This document shows positions 61,576 through 64,000 of a stretch of 64,000 bases of DNA, in pieces; the stretch's first letter is position 1; each line of letters opens with the position of its first letter. This DNA comes from Acidobacteriota bacterium. Lineage in GTDB: Bacteria > Acidobacteriota > Vicinamibacteria > Vicinamibacterales > UBA2999. The stretch covers positions 1,021 through 65,020 of the forward strand of contig JBEGVQ010000048.1 of NCBI GenBank assembly GCA_041178345.1. The letters are read 5' to 3'. The position numbers were made by a program, and so were the translations under genes. The notes beneath the pieces are model-generated. The model saw only the letters and a list, made by a program, of their open reading frames with translations, made no database searches and was not told the DNA's origin.

Positions 61576-62208
61576 TCAGGCCAGGTCGAGAATAGCGCAA
61601 AACTCGGCCAGCACCATGGCCGTGGCCCCCCACACCTTCTCGCTCTCGATGTCGAAGAAGGGCACGTCAACCTCGACGTTCTGCTGGCCGTAGGTGCGCG
61701 TCTGCACTTCGCGCTTCACCGTGCCGGGATCGCGCAGTTGCCACAGGGACGGCTCGATGATGCGCGCCACTTCCCATTCGGCGCGATTGAAGACGGGCCG
61801 GGCCGGCACGAAGCCGACCACGGGATGCAGCAGGAACCGGCTGACCGGGATGTGCAGCGGCGTCAACCGTCCCAACAGTTGCACGGATCCACGGGCCACC
61901 CCGATTTCCTCCTCGGCCTCGCGGATCGCACAGGCCTCGATCGACTCGCCGTCATCGACGCGTCCGCCCGGCAGCGACACCTGGCCAGTGTGGTTGCGCA
62001 GACCCGATCCACGGACCGTCAAGGGCAGGTGGATAGTGTCGTTGTGGGGATAGATCAGAATCAGGGCCGCGCCATCGCGCGTGCCCTCAGGGATCGTGAA
62101 CGGATCCCATCCCACGCGCGGGGTCGGCGCCATGCGCAGTTGCGCGTCGAGGCCGGGCAGCGGCCCCGACAGCGCAGCCTGCAGCCACTGGACCAGGTCG
62201 GCGGGCAC
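61576..62208 (-). CDS. NUDIX hydrolase (CoA pyrophosphatase-like)
   Basis: Nudix box GGRVDDGESIEACAIREAEEEIG, preceded by ..RNHTGQVSLPGG.. as in the NudL/CoAse type. Confidence 0.8.
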   Translation of the reverse strand: MPADLVQWLQAALSGPLPGLDAQLRMAPTPRVGWDPFTIPEGTRDGAALILIYPHNDTIHLPLTVRGSGLRNHTGQVSLPGGRVDDGESIEACAIREAEEEIGVARGSVQLLGRLTPLHIPVSRFLLHPVVGFVPARPVFNRAEWEVARIIEPSLWQLRDPGTVKREVQTRTYGQQNVEVDVPFFDIESEKVWGATAMVLAEFCAILDLA

Positions 62209-62268
62209 GCTTCAGCGTACTCCAGGCGCCGCTCGCCATGAAGAACAGGCCGCCCAGCATCAGCGGCG

Positions 62269-63411
62269 ATGTCGTCGGTCCAGGGGTCCGACATCTCCAC
62301 CGTACCAGGCGGACGTTTCGGTGGATACTCATCAGGCGTGGCCTGGTTCGTTTTTGCCCTTTCCGCGGTGATCTTCTTTGTCGCCATCTGGCTCGTCGTG
62401 CCGGCGCCGACCATGACGCTGCTGCCGCTCGCGGTCGGCGGCCCAGAGATGAGCCCGCTGCTGTTGCTACCGGCGCTGTTTGTGGCTTACCTGGCCTGGC
62501 GCACCCGCGGCCGGCCCCGGCCGGCATCGCTTGGGCTGTCGGCCGTGGCGATCGTCCTGTTCGTGGTACCGATGGTCCAATACCCGCGCACGGCGCCGCT
62601 GTCGGTCACGACCTTGCTGGCCGGGATCGACATGGGTCAGTCGCGCCTGTTGCGCAACGTGCCACTCGGCGCTCCAGGCGGCGTGCCGCTCACGACCGAC
62701 ATCTACCGGCCGATGACTGACGGGCCGCACCCGGCCATTGTCCAGATCTACGGCGGCGCCTGGCAGCGGGGCGCGCCGGCGAACGACGGCGCGTTTGCCG
62801 CCCGCCTGGCATCCCGCGGGTACGTGGTGTTTGCCATCGACTATCGCCACGCGCCCGAGTGGCAATGGCCGGCACAGCTGGACGACGTGCGCCTGGCACT
62901 GGCGTGGGTGAGAGAGAACGGGCCGCAGTACGGCGCCGACGCGTCACAGCTTGCGCTCTTCGGCCGCTCATCGGGGTCCCAGCTCGCGATGGTGGCCGGC
63001 CTGCAGGATCCAGGCGTGAAGGCCATCATCAGCTTCTATGGCCCGGTGAACCTCACCAATGGCTGGCTCCATCCGCCGCGGCCCGATCCGATCGGCTCGC
63101 GCAGCGTGCTCGAATCCTTTCTCGGCGGCACGCCGGCTCAGCTGCCGGACCGTTATCGCGAAGCCTCGCCCATGTCGTATGTCTCGGCGAACGCTCCGCG
63201 GACGCTCCTGATCTACGGCTCGCGCGACCACATCGTGCAGCCACAATATGGACGGACCATGCACGCGGCCTTGCGCGAGGCCGGCGCCGACTCGGAGTTT
63301 GTCGAGATCCCGTGGGCCGACCACGCGTTCGACGCATTGCCCGCCGGGCTAAGCGGGCAACTGTCGCTCTATCACGTCGAGCGCTTCCTGGCTGGCGTCT
63401 TCCGCCGTTGA
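62269..63411 (+). CDS. membrane-anchored alpha/beta hydrolase (esterase/lipase family)
   Basis: N-terminal TM helices, then ..VQIYGGAWQRG.. (HGG-like oxyanion motif), GRSSGSQLA (GxSxG), and ..SRDHIV...ADHAF. The start is uncertain. Confidence 0.75.
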   Translation: MSSVQGSDISTVPGGRFGGYSSGVAWFVFALSAVIFFVAIWLVVPAPTMTLLPLAVGGPEMSPLLLLPALFVAYLAWRTRGRPRPASLGLSAVAIVLFVVPMVQYPRTAPLSVTTLLAGIDMGQSRLLRNVPLGAPGGVPLTTDIYRPMTDGPHPAIVQIYGGAWQRGAPANDGAFAARLASRGYVVFAIDYRHAPEWQWPAQLDDVRLALAWVRENGPQYGADASQLALFGRSSGSQLAMVAGLQDPGVKAIISFYGPVNLTNGWLHPPRPDPIGSRSVLESFLGGTPAQLPDRYREASPMSYVSANAPRTLLIYGSRDHIVQPQYGRTMHAALREAGADSEFVEIPWADHAFDALPAGLSGQLSLYHVERFLAGVFRR

Positions 63412-63456
63412 TCGGATAAGGGCAGCACTAGAGTGCGGCCCTCCTCACCGAAGAAG

Positions 63457-63672
63457 TCACTGGCCACCGCATAGACCGAGGCATCGGCCATGGCCGGGCG
63501 ACGTCTCGGTCAGCCCGTAGACGATGGTCGGCACGCCGTAGACAGCCGGGCACTGTTCGCGATCGAGGGTCTCGAACACGCGGGCCGGCTCGAAGGAACT
63601 CGACCGGTATCGCGTTAAGTAACTCTGCAGCAGAGGTTTAGGTTGCTGAACGCCGCCGTGGTCGGGCATCAT
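63457..63672 (-). pseudogene. remnant of an AMP-dependent synthetase/ligase (acyl-CoA synthetase) gene
   Basis: The 71-aa frame MMPDHGG...FETLDREQCPAVYGVPTIVYGLTETSPGHG.. carries the (G)YGLTETSP adenylate-forming-enzyme core motif. It lacks every other part of a ~500-aa enzyme. Confidence 0.45.
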
Positions 63673-63678
63673 CTTGCC

Positions 63679-64000
63679 ATGGACGCACGATTTCCGACCG
63701 GCAAGTTCGTCTTCAACCCCAACCCGACGCCCGCAACCCGCCGGGACAGCATCGCCGCCATCGGCAGTTTCCCCTCTGAACTGAAGGCGGCGATGACGAC
63801 CGCCCAGGTTGACCGGCCGTACCGCGAGGGTGGTTGGACCGCCCGCCAGGTGGTGCACCACCTGGCCGACAGCCACATGAACGCCTTCATCCGCTTCCGC
63901 CTGGCGCTGACCGAGGACAAGCCCACCATCAAGCCGTACAAGGAGGCCGAGTGGGCAAAGCTGGCCGATTCGGCCGAGGACCCGGAGTCATCCGTTCAGA
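63679..64000 (+). CDS. DinB/YfiT-family metal-dependent hydrolase, N-terminal part (runs off the window)
   Basis: Open-ended, so absent from the ORF track. Manual translation from ATG 63679 gives MDARFPTGKFVFNPNPTPATRRDSIAAIGSFPSELKAAMT...YREGGWTARQVVHHLADSHMNAFIRFRLALTEDKPTIKPY, the YfiT-type pattern. Confidence 0.65.
   Translation, partial: MDARFPTGKFVFNPNPTPATRRDSIAAIGSFPSELKAAMTTAQVDRPYREGGWTARQVVHHLADSHMNAFIRFRLALTEDKPTIKPYKEAEWAKLADSAEDPESSVQ

Overview
High-GC (roughly two-thirds G+C by eye) chromosomal segment with about 52 protein-coding genes. Genes are tightly packed, with many 1-8 nt start/stop overlaps. I found no rRNA, tRNA, CRISPR array, transposase or integrase. Most long ORFs in the six-frame track are antisense or out-of-frame artefacts of the high GC content, and several real genes start well inside the listed ORF; I re-derived those starts by hand. 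Gene content suggests an Acidobacteriota/Gemmatimonadota-like soil bacterium (inference only): a CarboxypepD_reg-type TonB receptor, a large TolB-propeller/amidohydrolase fusion, many secreted peptidases, DUF4097 and DUF5916.

Main blocks:
- DHS-like / DUF5615-like / ROK / nagA operon (1.5-5.2 kb).
- PH-domain protein plus sigma-54 activator (5.2-7.0 kb).
- AT-rich island, then a TM/HD-GYP/GAF/GGDEF protein (7.0-9.9 kb).
- Hypothetical / fabI / FNR-like operon (9.9-12.1 kb).
- Arginine-biosynthesis cluster (argC, argB, argD, argJ, argF, argG and argH plus a NAGS-like GNAT; no carAB or argE seen): argR-argG-argH divergent from argC-argB-argD-(NAGS-like GNAT)-argJ-argF, with ARG-box-like operators (12.3-21.1 kb).
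- Secreted peptidases, a TonB receptor/PepSY pair, pxpA, an orphan DGQHR (DndB-like) gene, and M14/M24 peptidases (21-38 kb).
- fhs, a MATE pump, pntAB and yfcC-like (40-48.5 kb).
- Omp85-like barrel, kinase-fold protein, PAP2, second kinase-fold protein (48.6-53.3 kb).
- Amidase, TolB-amidohydrolase, S58 peptidase, Na+/solute symporter, NUDIX, esterase, an acyl-CoA-synthetase gene fragment and a partial DinB gene (53.3-64 kb).

Best novelty candidates, all hypotheses:
1. The secreted kinase-fold/PAP2/Omp85 envelope module.
2. The lower-GC orphan DGQHR gene.
3. A Shine-Dalgarno-preceded small ORF with an in-frame TGA and a Gly/Asp/Cys-rich tail, upstream of a duplicated-domain protein and an S9 peptidase.
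4. A dispersed family of heptamer-phased NNNCTTC/GAAGNNN micro-repeats, one copy inserted in frame in nagA.
5. Recurrent -10-like hexamers 6-10 nt upstream of start codons, implying leaderless mRNAs.

No classical defense island or biosynthetic cluster is evident.
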